From Candidatus Binatus soli (GTDB lineage Bacteria > Desulfobacterota > Binatia > Binatales > Binataceae), in assembly GCA_002479255.1 (NCBI GenBank), contig DLMJ01000005.1, forward strand, positions 8,664-72,663: a stretch of DNA of 64,000 bases, read 5' to 3'. The notes beneath the pieces were generated by a model. The model had not been told where the DNA came from and ran no database searches. It saw nothing but the letters and a program-made list of their open reading frames with translations. Positions within the stretch are counted from its first letter, which is position 1. Each line of letters starts with the position of its first letter. Position numbers and translations under genes: made by a program. This document shows, piece by piece, positions 1 through 10,312 of the stretch.

Positions 1-1303
1 ACCGTCAGCCAGAAGTGCCACTTGCCAAGCCGCTCGTCGAGCATGCGGCCGGTGATCTTCGGCCACCAGTAATAGAATGCCGACATGATCGTGAACATCA
101 CGCCGCCGAACAGCACGTAGTGAAAGTGCGCGACGACGAAGTACGAGTCCGTCTGCTGGAGATCGATCGGCGCCGATGCGTGCATGATGCCGCTGAGTCC
201 GCCGACCGTGAACTCGATCAGCATCCCCAGCGCGAAATAGAATGCGGTCGTCATGCGCAGCGAGCCGCCCCAAACAGTCGCGATCCAACTGAAGATCTTC
301 ACCCCGGTCGGGATTGCGATCAGCATCGAAGTGATCGCGAACGCCGAGTCCGCGACCGGGCCCATTCCCGTCGCGAACATATGGTGCCCCCAAACGCCGT
401 ACGACAGGAATGCGATCAGGCAGATCGAATACGCCATCATGGGATAGCCGAACAGCGGCTTGCGCGAGAACGTCGGAATGACTTCCGAGATGATCCCAAA
501 GGCCGGCAGCGCCATGATGTAGACTTCGGGATGACCGAACAGCCAGAACAGGTGCTGCCACAGAATCGGCGTAGCGCCCGCCGATGCGACGTAGAAATGC
601 GTGCCGAAGAAACGATCGAAGAGCAGAAAGATCAGTCCGATCGTGAGCGCCGGAAACGCGATCAGAATCAGGATCGACGTCACCATCAGCGACCACATGA
701 ACATCGGCATACGCATATACGTCATGCCCGGCGCGCGCATCGCGATGATCGTGGTCAGGAAGTTCAGGCCTGTGAGCACCGTCGAAGCGCCTGACACAAG
801 CAGCCCGATCACCCACCAATCGATCGCGAGGCCCGGCGTGAAATACCGCTCGGTCAGGTTCGCGTAACCGAACCATCCCGCATCGGGAAGTCCGCCGCGA
901 ATCCAGCCGAGATGGAGCAAAATTCCCGCGACCAGCGCCAGCCAGAAGCTCGCCGCATTGAGCCGCGGAAACGCGACGTCGCGTGCGCCGATCTGTAGCG
1001 GGATCAGGAAGTTGCCGAAAAATCCGAGCAGCAGCGGCATCACGACCAGGAAGATCATCGTCGTCCCATGCATCGTGAAAAACGCGTTGTAGGTCGCCGC
1101 CGACAGCGCGTGATTGTCGGGACGCCACAGCTGTACGCGAATCGCCATCGCTTCGAATCCGCCGAGCGCCATGAAAAACAGCGCGCTGACGAGGTACATC
1201 ACGGCTACGCGCTTGTGATCGATCGTCGTCAGCCATCCGAGTATCCCGCCACCTTCGAGGTAGCTCGGCTGATCCGCTGGCAATGTTTTCGGCTGGGCAG
1301 CCA
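1..1303 (-). CDS. coxA: cytochrome c oxidase subunit I (heme-copper oxidase, caa3/aa3 type). N-terminal part only; the 3' end of the gene runs off the window
   Basis: Reverse-strand translation gives HMHASAPIDLQQTDSYFVVAHFHYVLFGG...YYWWPKITGRML and upstream GHPEVYI, classic subunit I motifs. Start ATG is the complement of 1301-1303 (MAAQPKTLPADQPSYLEGGGILGWLTTIDHKRVAVMYL). The plus-strand ORF 15-794 is the antisense artefact. Confidence 0.9.
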
Positions 1304-1314
1304 TTCGACGCTCC

Positions 1315-2343
1315 CTATTTCAGACCCTCGAGATACGCGACCAGGGCGTTCATCTTCGGCCCCGGCAGCAGCAGCGCCGGCATGTTTGCGCCCGGCTTGG
1401 TTCCCTGTGGATTCACGATCCACTTCGCGACGTTTTCCGGCGTGTTCTTCAGCACCCCGGCGGCCAGCGTCGTGCGGCTGCCGAAATGCGTCAGGTCAGG
1501 TCCGATATACCCCTTCGAGATGCCCTGGATCATGTGGCAGGTCGTGCACGGACTGTTGGCGAAAACGTTTGCGCCGTTTAACGCCAGCAGATCGGTCGCC
1601 GGAATTGCGGCCGGCCCCGCAAGCTGCGCCCTATCCCATTTCGCGAAATCATCCGGCGAATCGACGAACACTCGAAAGCGCATGTTCGCGTGCGACAGGC
1701 CGCAAAACTCCGCGCATTGTCCCGGATACATTCCCGGCACCGTCGCGACGAATGTCAGCTCGTTGATTTGGCCGGGCACCACGTCGCGTTTGCCGCCGAG
1801 TTGCGGGACCCAGAAGCTATGTATGATGTCGGCCGATGCCAGTAACAGGCGAATCGGCCGGTTGGCGGGAATATGCAGTTCGTTGCCGGTCTTCGCACCG
1901 TCTGGATAGTCAAACTCCCACCACCACTGATGCGCTGCTACTTTGATCTCCAGCGCCCCCGCTGGCGCGACCGCCGGCTGCGAGCGAAAGATCGTACGTA
2001 CCGTCGGCACCGAGATCATCACCAACACCAGCGTGGGTCCAAGCGTCCACGCGATTTCCAGACCCAGGTCGGACGACGCGGTCGATGCTGGCGCGGCTTC
2101 GCCTACTCGAGACGAGAAAACGAACACCGCCAGGATAAACGCGCAGACCACGATCGCCAGGATAATTGCGTCCCACACCGTTACATCGATGTAAAGACTC
2201 TGAATCCACTGTGCCAGGTCCGACTTCGGCGAGAGGGTCGTCATCGGATGGTCCGTCGCTGAGCATCCCGTAATAGCCAGTGCAATAGCTATTTGCATAA
2301 CTATCGTCGCGATCGAATACCTATTTGAACCCCGCCCGATCAT
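1315..2343 (-). CDS. coxB: cytochrome c oxidase subunit II with fused C-terminal cytochrome c domain (caa3-type)
   Basis: Two N-terminal TM helices, CuA region (HSFWVPQLGGKRD...CAEFCGLSHANM), and a C-terminal CxxCH heme motif (CTTCHMIQG). Start overlaps the upstream gene stop. Confidence 0.85.
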   Translation of the reverse strand: MIGRGSNRYSIATIVMQIAIALAITGCSATDHPMTTLSPKSDLAQWIQSLYIDVTVWDAIILAIVVCAFILAVFVFSSRVGEAAPASTASSDLGLEIAWTLGPTLVLVMISVPTVRTIFRSQPAVAPAGALEIKVAAHQWWWEFDYPDGAKTGNELHIPANRPIRLLLASADIIHSFWVPQLGGKRDVVPGQINELTFVATVPGMYPGQCAEFCGLSHANMRFRVFVDSPDDFAKWDRAQLAGPAAIPATDLLALNGANVFANSPCTTCHMIQGISKGYIGPDLTHFGSRTTLAAGVLKNTPENVAKWIVNPQGTKPGANMPALLLPGPKMNALVAYLEGLK

Positions 2344-3560
2344 TCCGCCTCATCTCCAACCGGTTCTCCCGAGGTCGCCGCCTGCGCGACGCGGTTTAGT
2401 CCCGGCACTGCCGAAATGAGAAATGCGCCCAGGAAACCGATCGATATCAGAAATTGCGTGGCGCCAAACGGGATCGCGTCGAGCGACAGCGACGGAACCA
2501 CCAGCACGTAACGCTCGAGCCACATCCCGGCCAGCCCTAGTCCCGCCACCGTGCCGAGAATCACCGGCGTCTTCTTGGCCCGTACGCTCATCAGCGCCGT
2601 AAATGGAATTAGCCAGATCAAAACCAGGCACGCCACCGATAGCGGTGACCACGGCATGTGATGTACCCGGTGAACGATAAAGAAAGTTTCGACCGGTAGA
2701 TCGCCGTACCAGATCACAATGTACTGCGCGAACAGCAGATATATCCAGAACACCGAGAACGCGAAGACCATCTTGCCAAAGTCGTGCATGACGGTGGGAT
2801 TCGTGAACAGGTTGTTCTCGCCCAAACGACCGCGCAGCACGGCTGCTGTAAGAGCCATCGCGGTCAATCCACTCCAGAAACACCCGGCGAAAAAATACCA
2901 GCCGAAAAGTGTGCTGCGCCACACCGGCGCGAGCGACATGACCAAATCGAATGCGATCAGCGAATAGACCGCCGCGAACAGGACCGCAACCAGCGGAGCG
3001 AACACTCGTATCGAGTGTGGCGGCAACTCGATCTCGTCGGTCGCAATCGTCCACGCCCGTGCGCCGTCACTACGCGAGACGCGAATGAACGCGAAGCTCG
3101 CCGCAGCCATCACGCCGAGCCCGATTCCATCACGTGCAAAAAGAAACGGAGTGTTCAGCCACGCAGCCTTCTGCGCTATCGGATGCGTTACCCACGGGAA
3201 AATCAGGCTGCGGCCGAAGTAGAGCCCAAAGAACAGAAAAAATCCCACCCACAGAAATGGCGCGAACGCCTCGCCGAGCCGATACGGCGTCGAACCGCCC
3301 CACTTTGCCTGCGTCAGATAGAACGACGCGGACGCGACCACCGCGCCCTGCGCGACGCCAAGGAAGAACAGCAGGTTGACGAGATAGGCTTCCCATGCGA
3401 TCGTGGCTCCGCCTCGGATCAGCGCCAGCACGAACGCGATCGCGCCGAGCACGATCATGGCGCCCGCCACCGTCTTCATCGTCGTGCCGGCCACCGACTC
3501 GACGGCTCGCGGCTTCATCGCCGCGCGCTCGCGATGCGCCCGTTGAAGATTGATGCTCAT
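2340..3560 (-). CDS. actF: Alternative Complex III subunit ActF-like (NrfD/PsrC-family polytopic membrane protein)
   Basis: About 10 predicted TM helices and a W-L-E-R-Y-V motif shared with ActC, positioned between actD and coxB. No monoheme ActE gene is visible between actD and this gene. Confidence 0.6.
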   Translation of the reverse strand: MSINLQRAHRERAAMKPRAVESVAGTTMKTVAGAMIVLGAIAFVLALIRGGATIAWEAYLVNLLFFLGVAQGAVVASASFYLTQAKWGGSTPYRLGEAFAPFLWVGFFLFFGLYFGRSLIFPWVTHPIAQKAAWLNTPFLFARDGIGLGVMAAASFAFIRVSRSDGARAWTIATDEIELPPHSIRVFAPLVAVLFAAVYSLIAFDLVMSLAPVWRSTLFGWYFFAGCFWSGLTAMALTAAVLRGRLGENNLFTNPTVMHDFGKMVFAFSVFWIYLLFAQYIVIWYGDLPVETFFIVHRVHHMPWSPLSVACLVLIWLIPFTALMSVRAKKTPVILGTVAGLGLAGMWLERYVLVVPSLSLDAIPFGATQFLISIGFLGAFLISAVPGLNRVAQAATSGEPVGDEAE

Positions 3561-4078
3561 CGCGGCTGCGCCTCGTCTTCGCGAACGACTTCTTCCGCGC
3601 CCGATTCCTTCAGCATCGACTCGACACGCGCCGCTTCCGCCTCGTCACATCGAACCACGATCCCAAATCGATCCTCGCCGAAGCGCCCGTCGTACCCCGG
3701 CGCCATCGTGGTCGTGGGCACACCCGACAGCATCAGCACCCCGAAGAAGCCGAAAATTCCGCCCAGCAGGACCATCAACTCGAAGCAAATCACGATGAAT
3801 GGCGGCCACGACAGCAGCGGTCTGCCGCCCGCGTTGAGACGCCACTCGTAAGTTGTTCCAATCGTTATCGCGAGTCCGGTAAGAACGCCCGAAATTCCGC
3901 CCGCCAGCACCAGCCATCGCACCGGGCTCTTCGACCTGCCTATTGCATGTTCGATTTTGTGGCTCGGGATTGGCGAGAACGTATTGAAATCGCCGACCTG
4001 CGCCGCGCGGAGCTCCTCGACCGCTTGCACGCATTGAGTCTCATCCGCAAACGAACTTATGATCGCTATCGTGCTCAT
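3557..4078 (-). CDS. actD: Alternative Complex III subunit ActD-like (DUF3341-type membrane protein)
   Basis: 173 aa, two central TM helices, acidic C-terminus. Sits between actC and actF with 4-bp start/stop overlaps typical of ACIII operons. Confidence 0.6.
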   Translation of the reverse strand: MSTIAIISSFADETQCVQAVEELRAAQVGDFNTFSPIPSHKIEHAIGRSKSPVRWLVLAGGISGVLTGLAITIGTTYEWRLNAGGRPLLSWPPFIVICFELMVLLGGIFGFFGVLMLSGVPTTTMAPGYDGRFGEDRFGIVVRCDEAEAARVESMLKESGAEEVVREDEAQPR

Positions 4079-5433
4079 GCGGCTTTGACTCGATCCATCT
4101 TGAGCGCCTTCCGAAGCCAGACGATTCCTTCTTTAAGTTCCGTCATCGATATGATCGGCAGGAACTTTGCGAAGAGCGAGAACAGCCCGACAAACCACGC
4201 GAAGCTGCCGACCGTGATCATGATTTCTGTGATCGACGGACGGTAGCCGGCCCACTGCGAAGGCTCGATGTTCGCCGTCAGCGAACCCGCGATAATCACG
4301 AAACGCTCGAACCACATCCCGATGTTTACGAAAATTGTGATTATCCAGAGCGCCCTCATGTTGACCCGGATGCGCGGGGAAAATAGCAACAATGGTATTA
4401 CGCAGTTGCACAAGACCATTACCCAGTACATCCAGCCCCACGGCCCGAAGTAGCGCATGTGGAATGTCATCTGCTCGATCGGATCGCCTGTGTACCAGGT
4501 CATAAAGGCTTCCGTGATGTACGCGTACGAGACTACCAGCGAGGTCAGCAGCACGACCTTGGCGAGATTGTCGAAATGCCACTCCGTCAGCAGGTCCTCG
4601 ATGCCCAGCAGCTTGCGCATCGGAATTAGCAGCGTGATAACCATCGCGACGCCGGAAAAAATCGCCCCGGCGACGAAGTATGGTGCGAAGATCGTGCTGT
4701 GCCAGCCCGGATTTATCGCCATCGCGAAATCCCACGACACCACCGAGTGCACCGAAAGCACCAGCGGAGTCGCCAGGCCCGCCATCAGCAAATACGCCAT
4801 TGAGTAATGCCGCCATTGGCGATCCGTACCCTGCCATCCCATGGCGAGCGCCGTGTAGAATTTCTTGCGCCATCCGGTCGCGGCCTCGCGCGCGTTCGCA
4901 ACGTCGGGAATCAGTCCCATCGTCCAGAACAGCGCGCTAATAGTCAGATAGGTACTTACTGCAAAAGCGTCCCATACCAGCGGCGAGCGGAAGTCGGGTT
5001 GTAAGTATCGCTGATTAGGGTATGGCAATAGCCAGTAGAAAAACCAGACGCGGCCAAGATGGATCAGCGGGAACAGTCCCGCCGTCGCGACCGCAAATAT
5101 CGTCATCGTTTCCGCAGCGCGATAAACCGCGGTGCGCCACTTGGTGCGGAACAGGAACAGAATCGCGGAGATCAACGTTCCCGAGTGCGCGATACCGACC
5201 CAGAAGACGAAGTTAGTAATGTAGATTGCCCACATCACGGGCTGGCGAAGTCCCGTCACGCCCAGTCCCGAGTAGATCTGGCGCAACCAGAACCCAGCCG
5301 CGATCGCCACCAGCGTGAAGCAGAATCCGATCCACGCCCAGTATGCGAGGCCGGCCGGCTCCATCACCCGCAGCACGCTGCGGTCAATGTCGCGGTAACT
5401 CGGCTCGACCGGTATCTTCGGCGCCGCTGCCAC
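4075..5433 (-). CDS. actC: Alternative Complex III quinol-oxidising membrane subunit ActC (NrfD/PsrC family)
   Basis: 452 aa polytopic membrane protein with the NrfD-like motif MWFERFVIIAGSL. Directly downstream of the molybdopterin-like ActB, with stop/start overlap. Confidence 0.8.
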   Translation of the reverse strand: MAAAPKIPVEPSYRDIDRSVLRVMEPAGLAYWAWIGFCFTLVAIAAGFWLRQIYSGLGVTGLRQPVMWAIYITNFVFWVGIAHSGTLISAILFLFRTKWRTAVYRAAETMTIFAVATAGLFPLIHLGRVWFFYWLLPYPNQRYLQPDFRSPLVWDAFAVSTYLTISALFWTMGLIPDVANAREAATGWRKKFYTALAMGWQGTDRQWRHYSMAYLLMAGLATPLVLSVHSVVSWDFAMAINPGWHSTIFAPYFVAGAIFSGVAMVITLLIPMRKLLGIEDLLTEWHFDNLAKVVLLTSLVVSYAYITEAFMTWYTGDPIEQMTFHMRYFGPWGWMYWVMVLCNCVIPLLLFSPRIRVNMRALWIITIFVNIGMWFERFVIIAGSLTANIEPSQWAGYRPSITEIMITVGSFAWFVGLFSLFAKFLPIISMTELKEGIVWLRKALKMDRVKAA

Positions 5434-8352
5434 TCAGGCCCCTCCTTTCTCGCGATAGAGATCGCGTAGATACGTGATAGCTGGTTGCGTGTTGAGTTCT
5501 TCCAGCGCGCGATAGTTGCGCAGCTTGTTGTCCTCGCGCCGGCGCATCATCGCGCTCGCGGGCTCGTTGCTGTCGCCAAACGTGATTGCGCGCGTCGGGC
5601 ACGCCTGCTGGCAGGCCGTGACGATCTCGCCGTCGCGCAGCTCGCGATCTTCAGTCCGCGCGTTGAGCTCGGCGAATTGGATTCGCTGCACGCAGAACGT
5701 GCATTTCTCCATCACGCCGGCGCCGCGCACCGTCACGTCGGGATTGAGTTGCAGGTTCAGCGGCGCGGGCCATTCCGGCACGAACCAGTTGAATCGGCGC
5801 ACCTTGTACGGACAGTTGTTTTCGCAATAGCGCGTGCCGACGCATCGATTGTAAACTTGGCCGTTGATCCCTTCTTCGGTGTGATACGACGCAAACACCG
5901 GGCAGACCGGCTCGCACGGCGCGTGATCGCACTGCTGACACAGCATCGGCGCGAGGTAGAGCTGCGGCGCTTGCGCCGCTTCCCCGGCCGGCGGGAAGTA
6001 ACGCTCGATGCGAATCCACGACATGATTCGGCCCCGATCGACCCCGTCCTTGCCTACCGTCGGGACATTGTTCTCCGCGTAGCACGCGGTCACGCACGCG
6101 CTGCATCCGGTGCACGCATTGACGTCGATCGTCATGCCCCATTTGTGCCGGGAATATTTCCAGGGCGGGTACATTTCGTACGGCCCGGTGACTTCTTCGG
6201 CCTCGCTCCTGGGAACCACGCCGCGCGCCAACTGCTCGATACTCATCGCCTCGACGATCGATCGGCCCATCATGTCGCTCTTGCCCAGCGGTGAAACGAG
6301 CGTGCGCGTCTTGCCGGTCGCGCGCGCGGTCGCGGCGGCACTGGCCGCGCCCGCCGCCAATATCGCCCACGCATTTGCGCCGACGTCTTTTGCATAACGG
6401 CCGTACGCGCGGTGCCCCTGTCCCAAAGGAACCGCGATCACACCCGGACGAACAGTGCTCTCCACCAGGACCGGCGCCTCGATCGCGCCGTGCTCCGTTT
6501 TGATCTCGATGACGTCGTCCTTGGCGACGCCGAGTTTGCGCGCCGTCTCGGGATGGATCTCGGCCCAGCTGTCCCACACGATCTGCGTGACCGGCTCGGG
6601 CAATTCCTGCAGCCACGGCTTGTCCGCGCCGCGGCCGTCGTAAAGGAAAATGTGTGGATAGGCGTAAACGGAAAGTTCCGACTGAGCCGCGGCCGGTACG
6701 GGCGCCTTGAACGCAGACGTGTCGAGGCTGAGCGCCGAGAGATGCTGTTCCTCGAACAATCCGCCTTCGCGCCGCACGCTTACCCAGAAATCTTCGGGAT
6801 CCGCGCCGTCTGCCTTGAGAGCCAGCGCCAGCCATTCAGCTTTGACTGCCTCCGCAGCGCTCGCCCACGGAAGTTTCGCGCTCGACGATCCCGCGGCTGC
6901 CGCAAGCAGGATATCGCCGACCGGCTTGCTGTCGAACACCGGCTGCATCACCGGCTGTCCCAGTCCGCGGATTCCCGCGCGCGGCGCCGTGTCACGCCAT
7001 GCTTCGAGCGGATGATGCGCTGGCAGGAGAAGACTCGCCATCGCGGCGGTCTCGTCCGGCACGCCTCCCGCCCACACGACGAACGGAACTTTCTGGATCG
7101 CCTCGGCTACTCGCGCCGACGCGGGCATCGTGAAGACCGGATTTGCGCCCGCGATGAACACCGCATCGATCTTGCCGCCGCGCATCGCGTCAACCGCCGC
7201 GTCCACTTCATCCGGCGTGCTGGTCTCTTCGGCCGGCGAGCCTTCGAGGAACATTACGGTCTTGCCGAAATTGCCGGTGACCGCATTGAGGATCATCGCC
7301 GCAAGATGAGCCGACGAATCGTTCGTGCCCGCGATCGCCAGCGCGCCTTCGGCCCTGCCGAACGTCTCGCCGAGCCTGGTAATGGTTTCCACCGGCACGC
7401 CGGTCCGCGCGCTCGTGGCGACTGGATCGAAATTCTCGACCGCCTTGGTTAGCGCCGCGAGATCGAAGCCCGAGTTCTGCGAAACCCAGCGCTGCTTGAC
7501 GAGAACGTTGAGCACGCTCCACGCAACATCGGCTTCCACGCCCGGAGCAGTCGCAATCCAGTCGTCGCACTTCGACGCCGTCATGCTGAGCCGCGGGCCG
7601 ACGTAAGTGGCGCGGCCAATGGTCAGCGTGCCGCGCCGCTCATGCGGTGTGCGGAACAGCGAGTATTGGCGCGCGAGTTCCACCGGAGATTGCCAGGTCT
7701 CGAGAAAGTCCGCACCGAAGGAAATCAGCACTTCGGCCTGATCGATTCGATACGACGGCAGATCGCGCCGGCCAAAGATCGTTTTCGCCGCAACCCGCGC
7801 CGGTTCCTGGTTGATGGCCTCGTAAAATATCGCGCGCGACGAGCCATAAGCGCCGACAAACGCGAGCGCGATTTTCCTGAAGGTCGGGCCCTGCGGCGAA
7901 CCGAAGAACGCGACGCGATCCTTGCCCCCCTTCGACGCCGCCGCCAGCCTGTCGCCCAGCATTTTGTCCGCTTGGTCCCACGAAACGGTCCGGATCGCAC
8001 CGTCGTCGCCGCGAACCTGCGGATGCGCAAGGCGATCGGGATTGTACAGACCTTGCAGCGCCGCCTGTCCCCGGGCGCACAAAGAACCCTGACCAATCGG
8101 ATCGGCCGGATTTCCCTCCAGCTTGACGACGCGCCCTTCCCGGATTCGCGCCACCACACCGCATCCCGCCGGGCACTCCGAACACGTCGTGGCAAAAAAA
8201 CTCGGCACGCCGGGGACTACGTTCTCATCGGGCACCACGTAAGGGATCAGCTGCCTCGCCGCCGGCTCGCAGCCAGGGATCGCCGCCGCCGCACCCGCAG
8301 TCGCGGCCAGCTTGATGAATGATCGCCTGGATATCGACGGTCCCTCGCGCAT
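5434..8352 (-). CDS. actB: Alternative Complex III subunit ActB (fused molybdopterin-oxidoreductase-like domain plus 4Fe-4S ferredoxin domain, Tat-exported)
   Basis: 972 aa. Twin-arginine signal (SRRSFIKLAATAGAAAAIPG), Cys-rich N-terminal FeS motif (CSECPAGCG), large MopB-like core, and C-terminal multiple CxxCxxCxxxCP ferredoxin motifs (CTGCSACVTAC; CQQCDHAPCEPVCP; CENNCPYKVRRFN; CQQACP). Confidence 0.85.
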   Translation of the reverse strand: MREGPSISRRSFIKLAATAGAAAAIPGCEPAARQLIPYVVPDENVVPGVPSFFATTCSECPAGCGVVARIREGRVVKLEGNPADPIGQGSLCARGQAALQGLYNPDRLAHPQVRGDDGAIRTVSWDQADKMLGDRLAAASKGGKDRVAFFGSPQGPTFRKIALAFVGAYGSSRAIFYEAINQEPARVAAKTIFGRRDLPSYRIDQAEVLISFGADFLETWQSPVELARQYSLFRTPHERRGTLTIGRATYVGPRLSMTASKCDDWIATAPGVEADVAWSVLNVLVKQRWVSQNSGFDLAALTKAVENFDPVATSARTGVPVETITRLGETFGRAEGALAIAGTNDSSAHLAAMILNAVTGNFGKTVMFLEGSPAEETSTPDEVDAAVDAMRGGKIDAVFIAGANPVFTMPASARVAEAIQKVPFVVWAGGVPDETAAMASLLLPAHHPLEAWRDTAPRAGIRGLGQPVMQPVFDSKPVGDILLAAAAGSSSAKLPWASAAEAVKAEWLALALKADGADPEDFWVSVRREGGLFEEQHLSALSLDTSAFKAPVPAAAQSELSVYAYPHIFLYDGRGADKPWLQELPEPVTQIVWDSWAEIHPETARKLGVAKDDVIEIKTEHGAIEAPVLVESTVRPGVIAVPLGQGHRAYGRYAKDVGANAWAILAAGAASAAATARATGKTRTLVSPLGKSDMMGRSIVEAMSIEQLARGVVPRSEAEEVTGPYEMYPPWKYSRHKWGMTIDVNACTGCSACVTACYAENNVPTVGKDGVDRGRIMSWIRIERYFPPAGEAAQAPQLYLAPMLCQQCDHAPCEPVCPVFASYHTEEGINGQVYNRCVGTRYCENNCPYKVRRFNWFVPEWPAPLNLQLNPDVTVRGAGVMEKCTFCVQRIQFAELNARTEDRELRDGEIVTACQQACPTRAITFGDSNEPASAMMRRREDNKLRNYRALEELNTQPAITYLRDLYREKGGA

Positions 8353-8364
8353 CTACTCCCTCAC

Positions 8365-8931
8365 TCAGTGATGACAGCCCACACAGTCGAGCGTCGCTTT
8401 TTTCTCCGTGTGACAGTCCACGCAGAAACCCATGTTGATTTCAAACGCCGGCGCCACGCGATCCATCGTTTCCACCGGGCCGTGACAACTCTGGCATCGC
8501 AGCCCGGCATGAATATGCGGCCGATGCGTGAAGCGCACAAAGTCGGGCAGCGTGTACACGCGATTCCACTGAATCTCGAACGCCGCCGGCGTGTCGTCCG
8601 TCCACGGCCGCGTCACCGGCTGGATTCCGCCTCCCGCAATCCTGTTGCCGTGGCATCCCACGCACTTGGCTACCGCCGGAATGCCCGGTTCAGACGATCG
8701 ACTTGCATAGGCATGGCAATACGAACAGGGAATCTTGTTCACCCCGGCGTGTACTCGATGGCTAAATGGTATCGGCTGAACTATGTCTGCCCGGGGCGCC
8801 CATGGCCGCTGCGACAGCGCGATCACTGCCCCGCCCAGCATCAGCATCGCCAGGGCAAGCGGCAGCACTATCCGATTCATGCTCACGATCAGGCTTGTGA
8901 ATAGTCCGAAAAAGCGCCGCCGCGCCACCAC
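8365..8931 (-). CDS. actA: Alternative Complex III pentaheme cytochrome c subunit ActA
   Basis: 188 aa. N-terminal membrane anchor/signal and five CxxCH motifs (CSYCH, CVGCH, CQSCH, CVDCH, CVGCHH). First gene of the minus-strand operon. Confidence 0.85.
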   Translation of the reverse strand: MVARRRFFGLFTSLIVSMNRIVLPLALAMLMLGGAVIALSQRPWAPRADIVQPIPFSHRVHAGVNKIPCSYCHAYASRSSEPGIPAVAKCVGCHGNRIAGGGIQPVTRPWTDDTPAAFEIQWNRVYTLPDFVRFTHRPHIHAGLRCQSCHGPVETMDRVAPAFEINMGFCVDCHTEKKATLDCVGCHH

Positions 8932-9135
8932 TCAACGGTTAAACTTTCTAACAACACGATCGTTTCCAATCAAGTAGGGTTAATTTTATACGCTGGATTG
9001 GATCGTTTAATAAAGGACGTACCTGTGGATTCCCATTGTGCGAGAACGCCGATTTATTGCGACAAGTAGTTTCGACAGCCCGCAAAGTATGTTACTTACG
9101 ACTAGGTTCTCGTGGTCTGAGGCTGTTTCGACAGG
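8932..9135. promoter_or_regulatory. Divergent lower-GC intergenic region between the ACIII operon and the aminotransferase gene, containing a direct repeat GTTTCGACAG (x2, ~56 bp apart)
   Basis: AT-enriched relative to flanks. Repeat read at ~9073 and ~9128; no promoter consensus was confidently identified. Confidence 0.3.
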
Positions 9136-10304
9136 TGCAAATCAAGACTGCTTCTCGACTGGGCCTTTTACCGCCCTACCTTTTTGCCGAGCTTGACCGC
9201 CTGAAGAAGGAGGTCGCAGGCAAGGGCGTTGACGTTATCAGCCTCTCGATCGGCGACCCCGACCTGCCCACGCCGCGTCACATCGTCGAGGCTCTCAAGC
9301 GCGCCGCCGACGATCCCAAAAATCACCGCTATCCCGACTACGAAGGCTTGCCGCAATTCCGCCGGGCCTCCGCGGATTGGTACCGGCGGCGTTTCGGCGT
9401 CAGCTTCGACCATCAGCGCGAGGTATGCGCTCTGATTGGCTCCAAGGAAGGCATCGCAAACTTCTCGACCGCCGTCGTCGATCCCGGCGACATCGTGCTG
9501 ATTCCCGACCCCGGATACCCGGTGTACTACTCGGGATGCGTCTTCAACGGGGGCGAGCCGTATTTTCTGCCGCTCAGAAAAGAAAACGGATTCGTTCCCG
9601 ATCTCGCCTCGATTCCCGCCGAGGTCTCGCGCCGCGCCCGGATGCTGTGGCTGAACTATCCGAACAATCCAACCGCCGCAACCGTTGACCTATCCTTTTT
9701 CGAAGATGCGGTCAAATTCTGCCTCAAGCACGGCATCATCCTCGCCCACGACAGCGCCTACTCCGAAATTGCCTACGACGGCTATCGAGCTCCGAGCGTT
9801 TTCCAGGCCCAAGGCTCGCGTGAATGTGCAATCGAGTTCCACTCGTTGTCGAAGACCTTTTCGATGACCGGATGGCGCGTCGGCTTCGCGATCGGCAACG
9901 CCCAGCTGATCGGCGCGCTCGGCAAGGTCAAGACCAACATGGATTCCGGCGTTTTCCAGGCGGTGCAGGAAGCCGCGATCGCGGGCCTGGAAGGCGCCGA
10001 CGGCGATAGGCTCGCCGAATATTGCGCAATCTACAGGGAACGCCGCGACCTGCTGGTCGGCTCGCTGCGCGCGCTCGGGCTGGAATGCGAGAAGCCGCGG
10101 GCGACCTTTTACGTCTGGACCAAAGTTCCGCGTGGTTACACCTCGGTTTCATTTACCGAGCGCGTATTGAAGGAAGCCGGCGTCGCAATTACGCCCGGCT
10201 CCGGATTCGGCAAGGGTGGCGAAGGGTACGTTCGCTTCTCGCTTACGGTGTCGAGCGAACGGTTGGCCGAGGCGGTGGACCGATTAAAAGCGCTGCGGTT
10301 TTAA
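9036..10304 (+). CDS. dapL: LL-diaminopimelate aminotransferase-like class I/II aminotransferase. Annotated ORF start is probably too far upstream; conserved sequence begins ~9136 (GTG)
   Basis: PLP-lysine motif SLSKTFSMTGWRVGFAIGN and N-terminal LLPPYLFAELDRLK, typical of the DapL family. Confidence 0.7.
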   Translation: MCENADLLRQVVSTARKVCYLRLGSRGLRLFRQVQIKTASRLGLLPPYLFAELDRLKKEVAGKGVDVISLSIGDPDLPTPRHIVEALKRAADDPKNHRYPDYEGLPQFRRASADWYRRRFGVSFDHQREVCALIGSKEGIANFSTAVVDPGDIVLIPDPGYPVYYSGCVFNGGEPYFLPLRKENGFVPDLASIPAEVSRRARMLWLNYPNNPTAATVDLSFFEDAVKFCLKHGIILAHDSAYSEIAYDGYRAPSVFQAQGSRECAIEFHSLSKTFSMTGWRVGFAIGNAQLIGALGKVKTNMDSGVFQAVQEAAIAGLEGADGDRLAEYCAIYRERRDLLVGSLRALGLECEKPRATFYVWTKVPRGYTSVSFTERVLKEAGVAITPGSGFGKGGEGYVRFSLTVSSERLAEAVDRLKALRF

Positions 10305-10312
10305 CGGCGAGG

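Noticed and set aside
15-794. 259-aa plus-strand ORF rich in Arg/His/Asp
   Set aside because: Antisense of coxA, whose reverse translation shows unmistakable subunit I motifs; the composition is typical of GC-rich antisense frames.
5651-6835. 394-aa minus-strand and several 100-350-aa plus-strand ORFs (5485-6294, 6412-7452, 7642-8322, 7640-8185) inside actB
   Set aside because: Arg/Gly/Ala-rich, no motifs. They overlap the well-supported actB reading frame, so they are GC-skew artefacts.
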